Positions 1-14,533 of a DNA stretch of 64,000 bases are shown here, one piece after another. The DNA lies in contig CM022673.1 of assembly GCA_012295275.1 (NCBI GenBank), forward strand, positions 434,001-498,000, in the 5' to 3' direction. This DNA is from Chrysomallon squamiferum (Eukaryota; Animalia; Mollusca). Within the stretch, counting starts at the first letter, position 1; the number at the start of each line of letters is the position of its first letter. Position numbers and translations under genes: made by a program. The notes beneath the pieces are model-generated. The model was not told the origin of the DNA and did not search any database. It saw only the letters and a list, made by a program, of their open reading frames with translations.

Positions 1-531
1 TGATATCGACTTTTAAGAATCGATTTAATTACTACCATTTTTCATTTTCAAAATGTGTATTTACTAACAACCGTGGATAGAGTTGTTTGGTGGAGATTTT
101 GTTTTCTTCTATAAACCTTTTATTTTATCAGTACTAACTTTCTGTTACTAAATTATTAGTTTAATACAAACTAATTAATACATATGTAAAATAATAATAA
201 TAAAATTAACTTTAAAAAATGTTTTAGTGGTAACAGTAGTAAATAAAGTAACAGTAGTAGTAATAACATTACTTGAAATAGTATTACTAGTAGTTGGTGT
301 TGTTTCAGAAGTAATAAGTGTAAATGTAGTTTCGAACAAGCTGAAGTAGAAGCAGTAGTTGTAGTGCTAATAGCTTTAGTAGTAGCAGTGGCATTAGTTG
401 TAGTAGTGGTAGTAGTAGTTGTAGTAACAGTACTCCTAGTAGTAATAGTAATAGTATTAGTAACAGCACAGAAAATAAAAATAAAAGGAGTGAAAAAATA
501 TTATAATGAAAGTTTCTAAAAGTATACTCAC

Positions 532-664
532 CAGTATTCAGAAGGACGATACAAAAGATGACATATCCACTAAAATACTCCATGATTCCGCCATTCCACA
601 TTTTGAAGACGTTATTCCACATTTTATAAACATTATTCCACATTCTGTAGACATTCTCCCGCAT
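532..664 (-). CDS. Probable first coding (signal-peptide) exon of a gene continuing off the left edge of the window
   Basis: Minus strand reads MRENVYRMWNNVYKMWNNVFKMWNGGIMEYFSGYVIFCIVLLNT-G, then a consensus donor G|GTGAGT at 531 (phase 1). Hydrophobic stretch YVIFCIVLL lies just before the donor. ATG at 664 or 583. Product not identifiable. Confidence 0.5.
593..655. repeat. 21-bp tandem repeat x3 (ATTCCACATTyTrwArACrTT), in frame within the exon above
   Basis: Units 593-613, 614-634, 635-655 encode NVYRMWN / NVYKMWN / NVFKMWN on the minus strand. Confidence 0.85.
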
Positions 665-2210
665 GGCACATGAGTAAAAACGTCTCTTCCACAACGCCGT
701 TTCTCTCCAGTGTTGCGTGCGTATTCTCGCTTTCTCGACTACTTGCAGATACTAAATCAATATGTTCTGCATTTTAAACAATCGGCACACCTTGCTGTGT
801 GTTCGCTGCTAACCATCAGTTGGCAAGATGTCAGTGTTATGATATAAGTCCAGCGAAATAAATCAGATAATGTGTATTTCAGGTATATAGTTAAAATTCT
901 TCCTAGCATATCCAACGGCGTCTGGATCGGTGAACGTTCTCAACGTCCGCTCGTTACGTATTCGTTAGAATACTTAAAAGTGTTCTTGTTGAGTTGTGAA
1001 GTTGTGAAGTTGTGAACTTCTGAACGATGAGTACCGTGAAAGGTTGATAGTCACTTGAACTACGCTGAACAAATTGGCGAATTTTTAAATTTGTAAATAT
1101 CTTGAATAATTTCTTTCTTCCTCTTTTTCCCAAATAATTAATTTTTGGAATTCGAACTCACATCGTATTCGAGTAGAGAGTAAATTCTTTTGAGACATTT
1201 CTTAATAATCTTTTTAGTCCAGTATTCAGAAACGCAAAGTTATCGACAGCTTATATCAGTCAATTTCGCTTGAAAAAGAAAAAAAAGTCAGTTTCTTTCA
1301 GCGGCAATTACTGATTATATCCAATCACGCTTTCAATATGTAAATGTTTAACACCCATGAGATCAATTTTAACCAAAGACAGAAACACTCTTCTTCTTTT
1401 TTTTTTTCCCTCTCCTTTTTCGTTTCTTTCTAACAAAAATTGATGCGGATCAGGAGGACTGGTATATGTTGCAAAACGGTGAAAATAAATCAGTTCTTTT
1501 TGGTTTCTTAGAGAAGAGAAAACAAAAACAAAAAAGATCAAGAAATATTGATATTAAGTTACATATAGGTTGAAAATCGATTTTTTTTTTGATTTTTTTT
1601 TTAATGAGGATTTTTTATTGCAGAGTGATCAATAGTATTTCAATACCCCTATTACTAAGTCGCTCGTCTTTGGTTTGTATTTGCTGCCTTTTCTTTTGTC
1701 AAAATGATTTTTCTTTCTGTTATTCTCATAGCTCGACAACTATGTGATCATGTATTGAAAACATTACGCATGTTGGTCCTCTTATAAGCGCTGTCTTTGT
1801 CTGGCTCAATCATTCCTTTACCGGGAAGAGCTTTCTAAAGTTTCTTGCTTGTTTACCGTGTTCTCGTCGTAATACTTAGTGCGCCGAGCTTTCTGGTGGA
1901 AATCACGTCCCACGTGATTGACTATTGATCAGCACTGAAACATGAACGCCTGTGCGCGACACTTAGTGAAGATTTTGCATATTACGCCCACAACGTGAAG
2001 CTAAGACAAGTTGGAAGCGACGAGATCGTGGATTATTTATTTCAGTGATTTTCAACAGTCGTAAAGTTAACTGGACCATATCAAATATAGAGAAAGGTTT
2101 GACAGATATGTGATAGCGTTCATATTTATAAATTTAATTCCAGTTTTCTGTGTGAATGTTCACCTCAGAAACAAATCGTCTAATTTATACGTATTTCCGT
2201 TCTCACAACC

Positions 2211-4333
2211 AAACTTTATTAATAATAAAGTATGACAGCAAAATTAGTCATGAACACTTTTTGTCATGTTTCGTCATTTCACTGAGCCCTAATTATCGGG
2301 TCTCGTCTGTATCTTTTATAAAACTATGATATAAAAAGGGGGACCTATAAGAAATAAACAGTTTGATGTGAAGATATACCAAGGCGCAGAGATCAAGACT
2401 GATCCGATGCTACCTAATTTAAAAATTTTAAGGACAATCAGGCTTCAACGTCTACGTGTTATTTCTCCATGCTTCCAGACCCTACCCGGTTCTACAGACA
2501 ACAACATGTTTACATTCTCCAGTGTCTTATTAGATGCGTTTACACCATTAACTACGTGACAAATATCCGCTATTTGATACAAATCAGGAAAAACTAATCG
2601 GTATCAAATCTCTTGAAAATAATCTTAATGACATTCAAAGGACAAAATTAAAAAAATTTTTTTTTTTTCGTAAAAAGGTAATCAGTCAAATGATCCAAGA
2701 ATTGCTATCACATCGGTTGAAAGGTGAAACACAACACAAATTCATTATCATACTTTATTATAAGCAAAGTTTGTTTGCCAGTTTCGAAACAAGATCTGAA
2801 AGTTTTCGATTTAGTAATTAATGTATACATTTATTTCTATCTGCTAAACGGGTCTAAAGCACAAAAACATTCATATGCTTTCGTTAATGCAGAAACGTTA
2901 TTATTCCATTCTTACTCATAATGACAAATAGATTATTTCAAAGAATTAATGTTTTGAGGATTTTCAGTTTTAAGTGTCATTTGCAATCATAAACAGAATG
3001 AGGAATCATTACATTAATTGCTATTATAAAGAAAACTACGTGATTTAATAGAAAAAGAGTGAAACAAAACAAAGTAAATTAAAATGAAGTTAAATGAATC
3101 GAAACTAAACTAGTTACATCCAGATAAACGCAGTGCAAAATATACTTTAAAAACATTCAAAAATTCGTTAAATTAAATGATGTTATAATAAAAACAAACA
3201 GCTAATTGAATGTTATAAATTGTAATAATGCAAAGCATTTTTGAAAACGAAAGAAAGTAGCACCGTATAACTAAACTTTATTAATAATAAAGTATGACAG
3301 CAAAATTAGTCATGAACACTTTTTGTCATGTTTCGTCATTTCACTGAGCCCTAATTATCGGGTCTCGTCTGTATCTTTTATAAAACTATGATATAAAAAG
3401 GGGGACCTATAAGAAATAAACAGTTTGATGTGAAGATATACCAAGGCGCAGAGATCAAGACTGATCCGATGCTACCTAATTTAAAAATTTTAAGGACAAT
3501 CAGGCTTCAACGTCTACGTGTTATTTCTCCATGCTTCCAGACCCTACCCGGTTCTACAGACAACAACATGTTTACATTCTCCAGTGTCTTATTAGATGCG
3601 TTTACACCATTAACTACGTGACAAATATCCGCTATTTGATACAAATCAGGAAAAACTAATCGGTATCAAATCTCTTGAAAATAATCTTAATGACATTCAA
3701 AGGACAAAATTAAAAATATTTTTTCTTTTCGTAAAAAGGTAATCAGTCAAATGATCCAAGAATTGCTATCACATCGGTTGAAAGGTGAAACACAACACAA
3801 ATTCATTATCATACTTTATTATAAGCAAAGTTTGTTTGCCAGTTTCGAAACAAGATCTGAAAGTTTTCGATTTAGTAATTAATGTATACATTTATTTCTA
3901 TCTGCTAAACGGGTCTAAAGCACAAAAACATTCATATGCTTTCGTTAATGCAGAAACGTTATTATTCCATTCTTACTCATAATGACAAATAGATTATTTC
4001 AAAGAATTAATGTTTTGAGGATTTTCAGTTTTAAGTGTCATTTGCAATCATAAACAGAATGAGGAATCATTACATTAATTGCTATTATAAAGAAAACTAC
4101 GTGATTTAATAGAAAAAGAGTGAAACAAAACAAAGTAAATTAAAATGAAGTTAAATGAATCGAAACTAAACTAGTTACATCCAGATAAACGCAGTGCAAA
4201 ATATACTTTAAAAACATTCAAAAATTCGTTAAATTAAATGATGTTATAATAAAAACAAACAGCTAATTGAATGTTATAAATTGTAATAATGCAAAGCATT
4301 TTTGAAAACGAAAGAAAGTAGCACCGTATAACT
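2211..4333. repeat. Near-identical tandem duplication, 2 x ~1062 bp
   Basis: 2211-3272 repeats at 3273-4333. Identical spurious ORFs at 2368/3430 and 2724/3785. The only differences I could see are in the A/T run at ~2650-2670 vs ~3712-3730. Confidence 0.95.
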
Positions 4334-4450
4334 AAAAATAACTTAATTATTAAAAGTATACAGTAGATTTAATTTTATTTAAAAAAAAAAAATGTTGAGT
4401 AAAAGAATTAAGTGAGTGGAATGTAGGATAAAGCATGGAGACACGCACAG

Positions 4451-4549
<99 letters not shown>

Positions 4550-4663
4550 CTAAGAGGGACACTGAGACAAGCTGACAGAAAGAGACAGACAGACAGATAT
4601 AATACACAAAATGAAGTATTTTAGTGGCATGTTAAAGTATTGTTAAACGAGCTGCAGTCGACG

Positions 4664-4677
4664 ATTGCCTTGGTAAC
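4664..4677. promoter_or_regulatory. RFX X-box-like motif
   Basis: ATTGCCTTGGTAAC is close to the X-box consensus GTTNCCATGGNAAC, in a GC-balanced non-coding block upstream of the left-edge gene. Confidence 0.3.
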
Positions 4678-5144
4678 GCAAACTGTTTACTAGATACTTG
4701 CAAACCGCAAAACACAAAACGGCTTTCAGCAAATTAAACTGTGAATGTGAAATGAAGGAAAACAATGATTCTGTACAAGCAGTGAGTGAACAAGAGCGGA
4801 ATAGGATCACACAGGTGAACAAATCTTTGTCTGCGGTCAAATCTCTTTAATGAAACTGAAACAAGGCTCATTAGGAACTTTTCAGGAGATTCGTCATAAA
4901 GATCTATGGGCGCTTTGAAGTGTAATATTATCATTAAACCTTAAGGTGTAGTTAAGAAAAAAAAGAAGAAAAAAATTAAGATAAAAAGTTTTAAATATAT
5001 TTCTGCATTCTTCCAAGTTAATTTTCATTTGTTGTCTGCCGTCAGATTTTAATTATTAATCAAGTATAACAACATGAAAATACAGTTTTATAAAATATAT
5101 CTTTTTTTGATTGGTTATAGGATGTCCAAAACAATAATAAAGAA

Positions 5145-5208
<64 letters not shown>

Positions 5209-6672
5209 CAACGACAACAAGAAAAACAACAAAACAACAATAATAATAGTAATAAATAAATAATAACAACATAGAAATCATCATGATAATAACCAAAATG
5301 ATGATTATTTTGATGATGATGATGATGATTTTACAAAATTCTTCTTCTTCTTTTTTTCTTTTTAAATGTATTTATTTATTGTTTTGACATCAAAATCATA
5401 TTAAAATTTGCTGACGTGCTTTTTTTTCGTGCTTTTTTTATCACTATTATAATTAGTTATTATCTGTTAACGTCAACAAGCATGAAAATATCCTGTAACA
5501 CGGCACTCTTATTGTTCCTTTTATCCACTGCGGAATCATTATCAATGTTATTAATAAGGTAACTTGATATTTATTTATTTATTTATTTACTGTTTGCTTG
5601 TTTGTTGACTTGCTTTCTTCATCTTTTTTAATTCTTTCTCTTTTTTCTTCTGTTTTTATAAACGTTTTTGCTTTACGTTGAAAAAAATAAAAAAAATAAA
5701 AGAAGAAAAATATTATTCACACGTCAAACTCAATCAAACAAATAAATAACTGAGATTATTGATATGTAACAATTCTGTGGTTATTAGAAAGAAAAATATT
5801 GTCTTCTGGAAAACGAATATTCTGCCGAATACAAACAAATCTGAAATTAGTGTTAAACTCAGTGTCAACTGCAATGAAACATGTGTAATCAACATCAACT
5901 TTTAGATAATAGTATTTGCAAATTGACTGGTTTGGGGTCTGCGTAACAAAGAGTTTGAGCGGGAAAGTCGATTGTCAAGAAGCCAGACGAAAAATGGCGA
6001 ATATTGACTGGAACCAGGATTATTTGCAGAAGAGCTGAAAGCAATTGAATTTGTCAGATACGTTGCCATCATTTTTTTCCCTCCACTTTACTTTTTTTTT
6101 TTTTTCTTCTGTTTTTATTTAGTCCGCAATCGAGAACAATTTCATCTTCGTAAATAAAGAGTTTAGAAACAAAACGAGAATGAAATAGCAATTTTCATAA
6201 ATAAAATTAAAATATGGTTTCGAAAAACAATTTCAGGAATGTAACTGTATTGAATTATCTTCTTCTTTTCTTTTCTTTCTTTATTGGTTGTTGCTGTTTT
6301 TGTTCCTTTCCAAATCATCCAAAATGAGATTTTCCTTAATTGAAACAAATACTTTAACTGAATGATGTTTATTTAGTTTAAATTCTTATTTTGCTGTGAT
6401 TTTTGTCTGTAAAATGGTTTCTAAGTTAAAAAAGTAAAAACCCAATAGAATACGTTAAAAATACTATGATAATTATGTACTTATTCTAAAACACAATTCA
6501 GCCAATGGTTGTAGAACTACTAACTGCAAGCCGTATGAAAGCAGTCATTGGGAAATAAACCTCCAGTCATAAAAAAAAAAAAAAAAATAAAAAATAAAAA
6601 CTCACCAGAATGTTTCTGTTGTTGGGTTTTGTTGTTGTTGTTGTTGTTTTTCTATTTGCTTAAACATAACAC

Positions 6673-7123
6673 CAGTGGTGAACCTAGGGAAAATCTGTGA
6701 AGACTTGAAGGTTTGTTTTCCTACGCGTCTTTCATTCTCCCTGTAAATTATGTACAGTAAATCATTATTTTTTTAAACATGTATTTTTTTTACTCATGAC
6801 AATCCTAAGAATAATTTCCAGTTTTGGTAACTGTACGTACGCACAATGTGAAAACACTAAGCCGTGCAGTGTCGTGAAGAAGCTGGTGATGTCCGTAGAC
6901 AACTGCTTGACTCTGTGCCGCAAAGACTCGAGTGCAACGCCTAGTTATAAGAAAGGAAAATATTTTGAATATGTTAACACAGATGAAACACAAAATATAA
7001 ACTTTATTCCATTTAAATATAAATCAACCAAATGTATTAAATTATTTTCCCCAAATGGTGCCCCATCCCCCCTCATTTGGCTGCCCTGGGTACAGCCCCT
7101 TCACCCCCCTCTGCATGCCAGTG
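6673..7123. mobile_element. Possible degenerate non-autonomous DNA transposon (MITE-like)
   Basis: Begins CAGTGGTGAACCTAGGG and ends with a C-rich subterminal block ...CCCCCCTCTGCATGCCAGTG, loosely like CAGTGGC...GCCACTG-ended elements. The TIR match is poor and no TSD was found. Confidence 0.25.
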
Positions 7124-8033
7124 AAGCGATGTAGAACATTTTAACGTTATGATGTAATATGAGGTCTTAAAAATATTTTTAAAATAAATCAGTTATTAAA
7201 AAATATAATAATATATGTATCTGAGTGTATATACGTACGTGTGTGCGCTTTGTGTGTGTATGCACCTGCGTTTTGTGCATACGATACAAAACTGGCTATA
7301 ACTTGCTTTGAGTGTCTTTCCACTCTTGTTATCAATACCTTCTTTATGTATGACGCAAAATAGCATCGAATTTTAAAATTGCATTAAATTCATAATTTCT
7401 TTTTTCTTTCTTTTAATTTCTTCTAATATTTCTTGCGACAGAGATAGACATAGAGACAGACAATTGAAAATATTATCATTAAGCTTTAGAAATTATGAAG
7501 TACATTAACATCAGCCTTTCTTGTTAAGAGAAAAAACCCAATAAAAAAACATAATAATATTAAATGGTTGGCAATTCATCTTCCATCCGGTGGCCAACTT
7601 TAGAAAAACATATAACATAATTTTTAGTAAATTCATACGATCCAACTTCCTTGCTCTATAACCCATCACGGATCATTTCCTTGGATTTTTTTTTACTAAT
7701 AATGTTTCCTTCAAATCTCGCGCTTATTTACTTTACAGATTTGTTAGGAACAGCCCTTCCTGCACCTGTCAGAAATCTCTTGTGTTTTATTCTTTATGTT
7801 TGTTTTTGAAATCGTCAGAAAAATAAAGGAAAGTGGAAAATGCTTTCTGTTTGTATTTGTTTCGTAAATTCCTTCATCAGATGCCCCGAGTCAAACTATC
7901 ATCTTTTACCGGTGATATCCTCTTTTCTTTATTTCTTTGCAACATTCTTATATTATTTTTAAAAAAAAGAAGATTTTTCCTCATCTTGGATTGTAGATAG
8001 AAAGAAGGCAAAGTTTGTTGACAGAACTGGACC

Positions 8034-8117
8034 TTCTGCGCATGATCCGGCAAGCAGCATCACTCACTTCCGCATTCTGTATGCAGTAGTAGTTGCAGTT
8101 TGCCATCTGTTGGTTGA
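8034..8117. promoter_or_regulatory. Motif cluster: NRF1 half-site, ETS-like site, CTCF-like site
   Basis: TGCGCATG (~8037), CACTTCCG (~8065), and GCCATCTGTTGG at 8102-8113 (reverse CCAACAGATGGC, near CTCF core CCASYAGRKGGC). Confidence 0.3.
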
Positions 8118-8608
8118 CGTTCAGAACTTCAAGACGGGGCAAAAGCTGTATGATATGCAGGTGTTAATTTAAGGTGCATTTCCAAAAAGTTTGAATAAAT
8201 ATTTTTTAACGATATTCATTTGTCTGTTTGTGTTTTGTTTATCGCATTCTCATCAGAATGAATGAATTAATTGATAATGTAAGTGAGAAACAGATTTTAA
8301 CAAAATAAAATTGCGACAGATCTTACAGTGAGTCAGTGTATCGAAATAAACATTATAATAATAATTATGGTAATGATGATAATGATGATGATGGTGGTGA
8401 TAATAATAATAATAATAATAATAAAAGAACAAAATATTTCATTGATTCCAAGTGAAAACATTTCTTTAATAATTATTATGTTTTTAAATGAGTTCCAGTC
8501 AATGAAATGTAAAAATAATCAGTCTTTTTTTACATGGACTTGAAGAGAAAAATATAAGAACGAGAAAGAGAGAGGGGGGGAGAGGGAGAGAGAGGGGAGA
8601 GCGAGAGG

Positions 8609-8690
<82 letters not shown>

Positions 8691-8859
8691 AAGACCAAAA
8701 CCAACTAGTTTTAAGTTTTATAAAATTCTACTTAAATAGTCATAAGTCCTAACTATTTTTCCCAAAACTCATTCCGAGCCTCATCTAAAATTGTGGTCAC
8801 AGATGTCGCCAGAAACGTTTGCTTGTAACAAAACGTATAAAACGATTCGAACCAATTTA

Positions 8860-9245
8860 ACACCCTCTGATAGACGCTGGCGATACCGAATGTCGGTCCG
8901 TGTTTCAGACGCGACCCTTCACGCCTGGAGGCGCAGTTAACTCGAGCCCACGCGGAGGCGGAGCGAGAGAACCGGTGCTATCCGAGTGAAATCGACGGAC
9001 GGGAAAGGAGAGGATCGTAGATAAGCGTCAGGTCCCGTCAGGTCCCGCCAGGCTCATTAAGCGATCGTGCACGGCACGTGGATATACTGATAATCAATGC
9101 GGGCCTTTTGCCGTCTGCGGCGGTAATGGGCTCGCCGAGGACTCCATCACGGCGAAATATGTCCATTGTCGGGTAATGATGCTGCGGCCGTGAGGAGTTA
9201 AAGGCTCGGATATACTGCGTGATTGTTGTTGGCGATTTCGGTCCT
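8860..9245. promoter_or_regulatory. CpG-rich / GC-rich island (candidate enhancer or promoter)
   Basis: Sharp GC and CpG enrichment against an AT-rich background. No ORF or splice structure found. Contains a GTCAGGTCCC 10-bp tandem repeat (~9028-9052) and several TAAT/ATTA cores. Confidence 0.5.
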
Positions 9246-9257
9246 TTAACTGTGAAG

Positions 9258-9288
<31 letters not shown>

Positions 9289-9625
9289 GGACTGATTTGT
9301 GCTTAATATCGAAACTCAGTACTGTTTGTTTCGTGTCTTTGTCTGTTGGGTTTCTTTTTCCTGAAATTATGTTGATAGTTATTTTATCTGAGCAGCAAAT
9401 ATTTTATGATTATGATGATGATGATAATGATGATGACTATCTTTTAATTTTAAATGAAGATAATAAGACGTCTGAAATGTTCAAAATAAAGTAAGAGCGA
9501 ATGCCAGATAGCATTTGTCTATACAGCAAAAAGCTAAATAAATGAAGAAAGAAAAATAAAAGTTTCAGATAAGGAATTATACAAATCCTAGAGAGAGAGA
9601 GAGCTCGAAAGAGCGAAAGAGCGAA

Positions 9626-9749
<124 letters not shown>

Positions 9750-11585
9750 AAGAGAACATTTTGGCAATACAGTGGTCAGAGACTGACCATAAACAGCTAT
9801 TGCTAATTGCCCTTTTGCTATTTGGAAAACAAATCCGAACTATGGTGCAGTATGTTTTCGCCTTTAGCATTTAGAGAGCAGTTTTGTGATATAAGGCAGT
9901 GTTAATGAAGGTCACAGAGGCCAGTGATCGAGTTAAACATTCTATCAGTGTTGTTTGATATGGCACTGCACTAACTTTTCTACTTTGTTCAGAAATTAGG
10001 CCTCTTTAATAAGCATCAAAGACGTAAACGAGAGATTTTCTTCATGTTTTTTCAACGACAGTCATGTTTTGATAATAACTTCAGTGTTTTTACAACGACA
10101 TAGATACAAACAGAGAATCCTTGGCAAAATATCGCGAAACCAAGACATTTCTTTTATTACTTTTGCAATTCGAATGTTTTTGTAGATCGTTTTTGACAAC
10201 ACTACAAGCATTCCTCGCTTATAACGGAATCTCGCTCACAGTGTTATGGCGTTTAAGTGGGGGAACAGTGTGTAAGAGAACTCTTCATTATGTTATGCTC
10301 TAAGAGTTTTGCTTCAGTAGACTAACAGGCCTGTTTGACTTAACTGTGTTAAATTTCACAGTCAGTACCGACTAACTACCATCATGAATGCTGCTTCTGG
10401 AGAGTAACTTTTATTTTTCATTTAATCTTGTTCCACATATTGTTTGGGTTCCCATTTATCAGCTACTTATTACAGAACGCTTAAATAGCTATCGAGTCGT
10501 TTAAGTTATGTGTAAAACGTACTGGTCAACCGTTTGATGTCGTATGAGTCATTTGTTAATGTATACACATGGTTAAACTGTCTCATTTTGTTAATAATTA
10601 TGTTCCGATTCTAATTCTACTAGCATGATTGATATAGATCTTAAAATTTATTTTTTTGAAATTGTTTTATAAAATGTATTTTTGTTAATTAAAACGAAAT
10701 AATATATATTTTTTATCATTATTTGAAAGTTTTTGTTCCATTTTTTATTTTTTATTTCTTAAAATTTAAAAAAAAAAGAAATTGTGGTTGTTTTTGCTTT
10801 TTATTTAATTTTGTTTTTGTTTTTTGACTGTTTCAGATATCTAATTGTAATCATTGAAACGTTTATATTTTTCTTTCATTTGAATACAGTTTAATTAAAC
10901 TTTCGAGATGCACTGCATAATTTATTACCCAGATTTTACTGAAACATCTTTTCTGTTATACTACTGAGCAATTAAGAATTTAGAGAATCCTCAATCCACT
11001 ATTCCTTTCTGCAAACCCCCCCACCAAAAAAAAATTAAATTTAAACGACGCCAGTGAACTTCTAAAAACAAATTTATCAGCGAGAAACATCATCTTTAGT
11101 ATTCTAATTAACAAGCAACTTCTGCATTGACAATGTTTTTTCATAAATATATATTTTTTTTTATGAAATTAGTATAAAAAAAGAGATTCATTAGAATTTA
11201 ATTATTTATATCTGCTACGTAAATACGAAGACATTTAAATACTTTTTTATGAAGTCAAATTCAAAATATATGTTTTTCTGTCTACATTATTAACTGTCTT
11301 TATTAATTTAGATAATATATATTATTTTAATAATTCTGTGTCAGAGAATGGATGATTTATGATATTTTCTTATTTTTACGTTAAAGATTAGCAGATATAG
11401 TTTATTTTATTTTATTATGATGCTTTGAGAAAGGACTCTGTGAATTATTTCTACCGACTGGCTTCATGATATTTTTTATTGTGCACCGTGATAACAAGAA
11501 TTTGATTTATTTACATAGTTCTTGATAAATAATGGATTTTAAGAAAATCAACGTGATCATCGTCAACACCATCATCATATTGATC

Positions 11586-11622
<37 letters not shown>

Positions 11623-11731
11623 GTTATTATTATTTTATTATTACCGTTATCATCATCATTATTATTCCTCTTGTGTTGTTGCCGTTGTTATTATTTATTA
11701 TGATTATGATTATTGTTATTATTATTATTAA

Positions 11732-11788
<57 letters not shown>

Positions 11789-12382
11789 CGTTATATTGTT
11801 GTTGAGTTGATAATGACAGTTTTTAAGAAATCGGGAGTATATAAAAATTCCATCATTTCTAAAAAAGAAATATAATAAAAAAAAATAAAAGGTTTCACTC
11901 GGTTTGTTCATAGCGAAGGGTGTAAGAGTTACATTTGATAAATCGAAAAGTAAAACGCAGTAACTGGAGATATGTCTGGTACAAAACATAACACGATTTT
12001 TGTCTACTGCAATAAAGTGAGGAATTTGCTTATCAAACAGACCATACGTCTGTCAACAAATTACAGAATTAAAAAAAAAAAAAAAAAAAAAAACCACAAA
12101 AAAAAACCTATAAAAAAAAAAAAAAAAAAAAATAATAAAGTGAGAAAGAAAGGTGGAAAATAAAATAAAAATTTCGTTTAATCGATTCTCAGCCGGCAGA
12201 ACGTGGAGTAAAACTGTGAATAATTCTTCGATCTTATGTCATTTGTTTCACAAACTGATGTTCACCAACCATTAAATTACTTTTTGTTCACAGTCGTAGA
12301 ATGAGGCATCTGGGAATCAAGAAATTAGTCAAATGCCTGAGACGATGTACGTCATAAAAAAAAAAAAATAATAAATAAAATA

Positions 12383-12424
<42 letters not shown>

Positions 12425-12694
12425 ATTTAACTGATCATAACAAATGAAAAATTAATTGTTTTCCTGTGTTATTTGACGCCCAAATAATAATAATAAAAAC
12501 AATTAAAAATTAAGTAGGTGGTGTTCAAGTTGTGCTTTGTTTTTTGTTTTCATTTTGGGTTTTTTGAGAGGTTTTATTGACAATTATGATACCAACTTCA
12601 TTTCAGTTATATATTTTTTTTCATGCAATTGTTATTATCTTTAAAATTATTCATTAATAGCTTAAAAGGAAACGAAAAAGGAAATTAGAGAAAG

Positions 12695-12789
<95 letters not shown>

Positions 12790-13570
12790 CTTTGCATTTC
12801 GTTTCGACATCCCAAAACATGTACGAACTTGTTTTCAGACACAAACTACAACGAAGTTAATCCATCGTATACAAACCATGAATATTAAAATTAAAGATTT
12901 TCGTTAACACACAATTGAGTACATTAATACCAGCGCATCACAGGCCACTGTCTTACATTTTTATATGTCAAACGCATCAAAGCTTTTAATTCTTTTCACA
13001 ACAGCGCATACCATTAGCAAAAATTCTGCGAGAGTTCAATAGTTGTCCATTGTTCCCGGGATGAAAACTGGCAGCCAAGATACTTTTTAACCAAGCCCCG
13101 TGGCGACATGTCGCCATCTTAACTCCATATTCCTGTTTGTCATTTTCTGGTCTTCAACGCCAAAGATCTTTCTTCATTGTGACGTCAGCAGTTCTTGAGG
13201 TGCTAACCGGAAATCAGATGATGTACTTTCGACGACGTTGATGGCTTTATCACAAGGAACTCTCAAATACTTGTTACTGTTGCTTTTCAATCCTCTTTTT
13301 TTCCCACTTTTTTGTCGATCTGTAGCAGTAGAAGACGTGTTAACCTATTTTCCAGTGTGTGTTTTAGAACGTTCTTTCAGCTGGGTCATCGTAATTTGGG
13401 TTAGGATTCAAACGATGCAGTCTATGGAGAATAAAGTACAGTTTTGTTAAAATTAATGATATTATGAATGAAGCAATAAAAAAAGTAATGAATGAATGAT
13501 TAATGCCACTTTTGTACCTGCTCAACAGACCTGAGGTAAATCTATGAATAATGTTATAACACACACACAC

Positions 13571-13662
<92 letters not shown>

Positions 13663-13977
13663 AACACTTATCTTTTTCTTTTTAAGCTATCAGTATATAT
13701 ATATATTTTACGAGCAGAATATAGCAGGTTACTCAGTACGGATATACTAAACACTTGGGAAATAAATTTTAAACTTTATTAGGTAATGGGTATTATAATT
13801 ATTTTCACTGTTTATTTTTTCACATATTAACTACAGTAAACTACAGACGAGACGAGAGTTAAAACAAAGCAGATGTTGTCGGTTGTAATGTTAAATGTGT
13901 TTAAACAGTTTAATTGCAGACTGTTCATGCTTATTTAAAGTGGCGTTATTGAATTTAAAGAGAAAAGGTGAATGTCT

Positions 13978-14315
13978 ATATATATATGTGTGTGTGTATG
14001 TATGTATGTATGTATGTATGTTGTATGTATGTATATATGTATGTATGTATGTATATATGTGTATGTATGTATGTATGTATTTGTGTGTGTATGTATGTAT
14101 GTATGTATGTATGTATGTGTGTGTGTGTGTTTATGTACGTATATATGTATATTTGTATGTGTGCACGTATATATTTATGTATGTATATATGTATGTATGT
14201 ATGTATGTATGTGGGTATATAGGTATTATGTATATATGTATGTATATATGTATGTATGTGGGTATATAGGTATTAATGTGTGTATGTATGTATGTATGTA
14301 TGTATGTATGTATGT
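13978..14315. repeat. Compound (TATG)n/(TG)n microsatellite
   Basis: Seen directly; source of the YVCM-repeat ORFs. Confidence 0.95.
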
Positions 14316-14502
14316 AGTATTTATGTACATATCTGCGTACCTTAGATAGAATTGAAAGAAGAAATACTTGAAAGATTTTCAGTACTCGAATGCTAAAATT
14401 ATTCTGTTTGTCTTATATCAAAAGAAAATACATTTTTCTTGTCTCTCATTATAATTATCTGTGTTACTGTCTACACCAGCACCACCACCAGGACCACCCC
14501 AC

Positions 14503-14533
<31 letters not shown>

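Noticed and set aside
2368-3982. Duplicated 63-aa and 65-aa ORFs
   Set aside because: Identical only because of the 1.06-kb DNA duplication; GTG starts and no coding signal.
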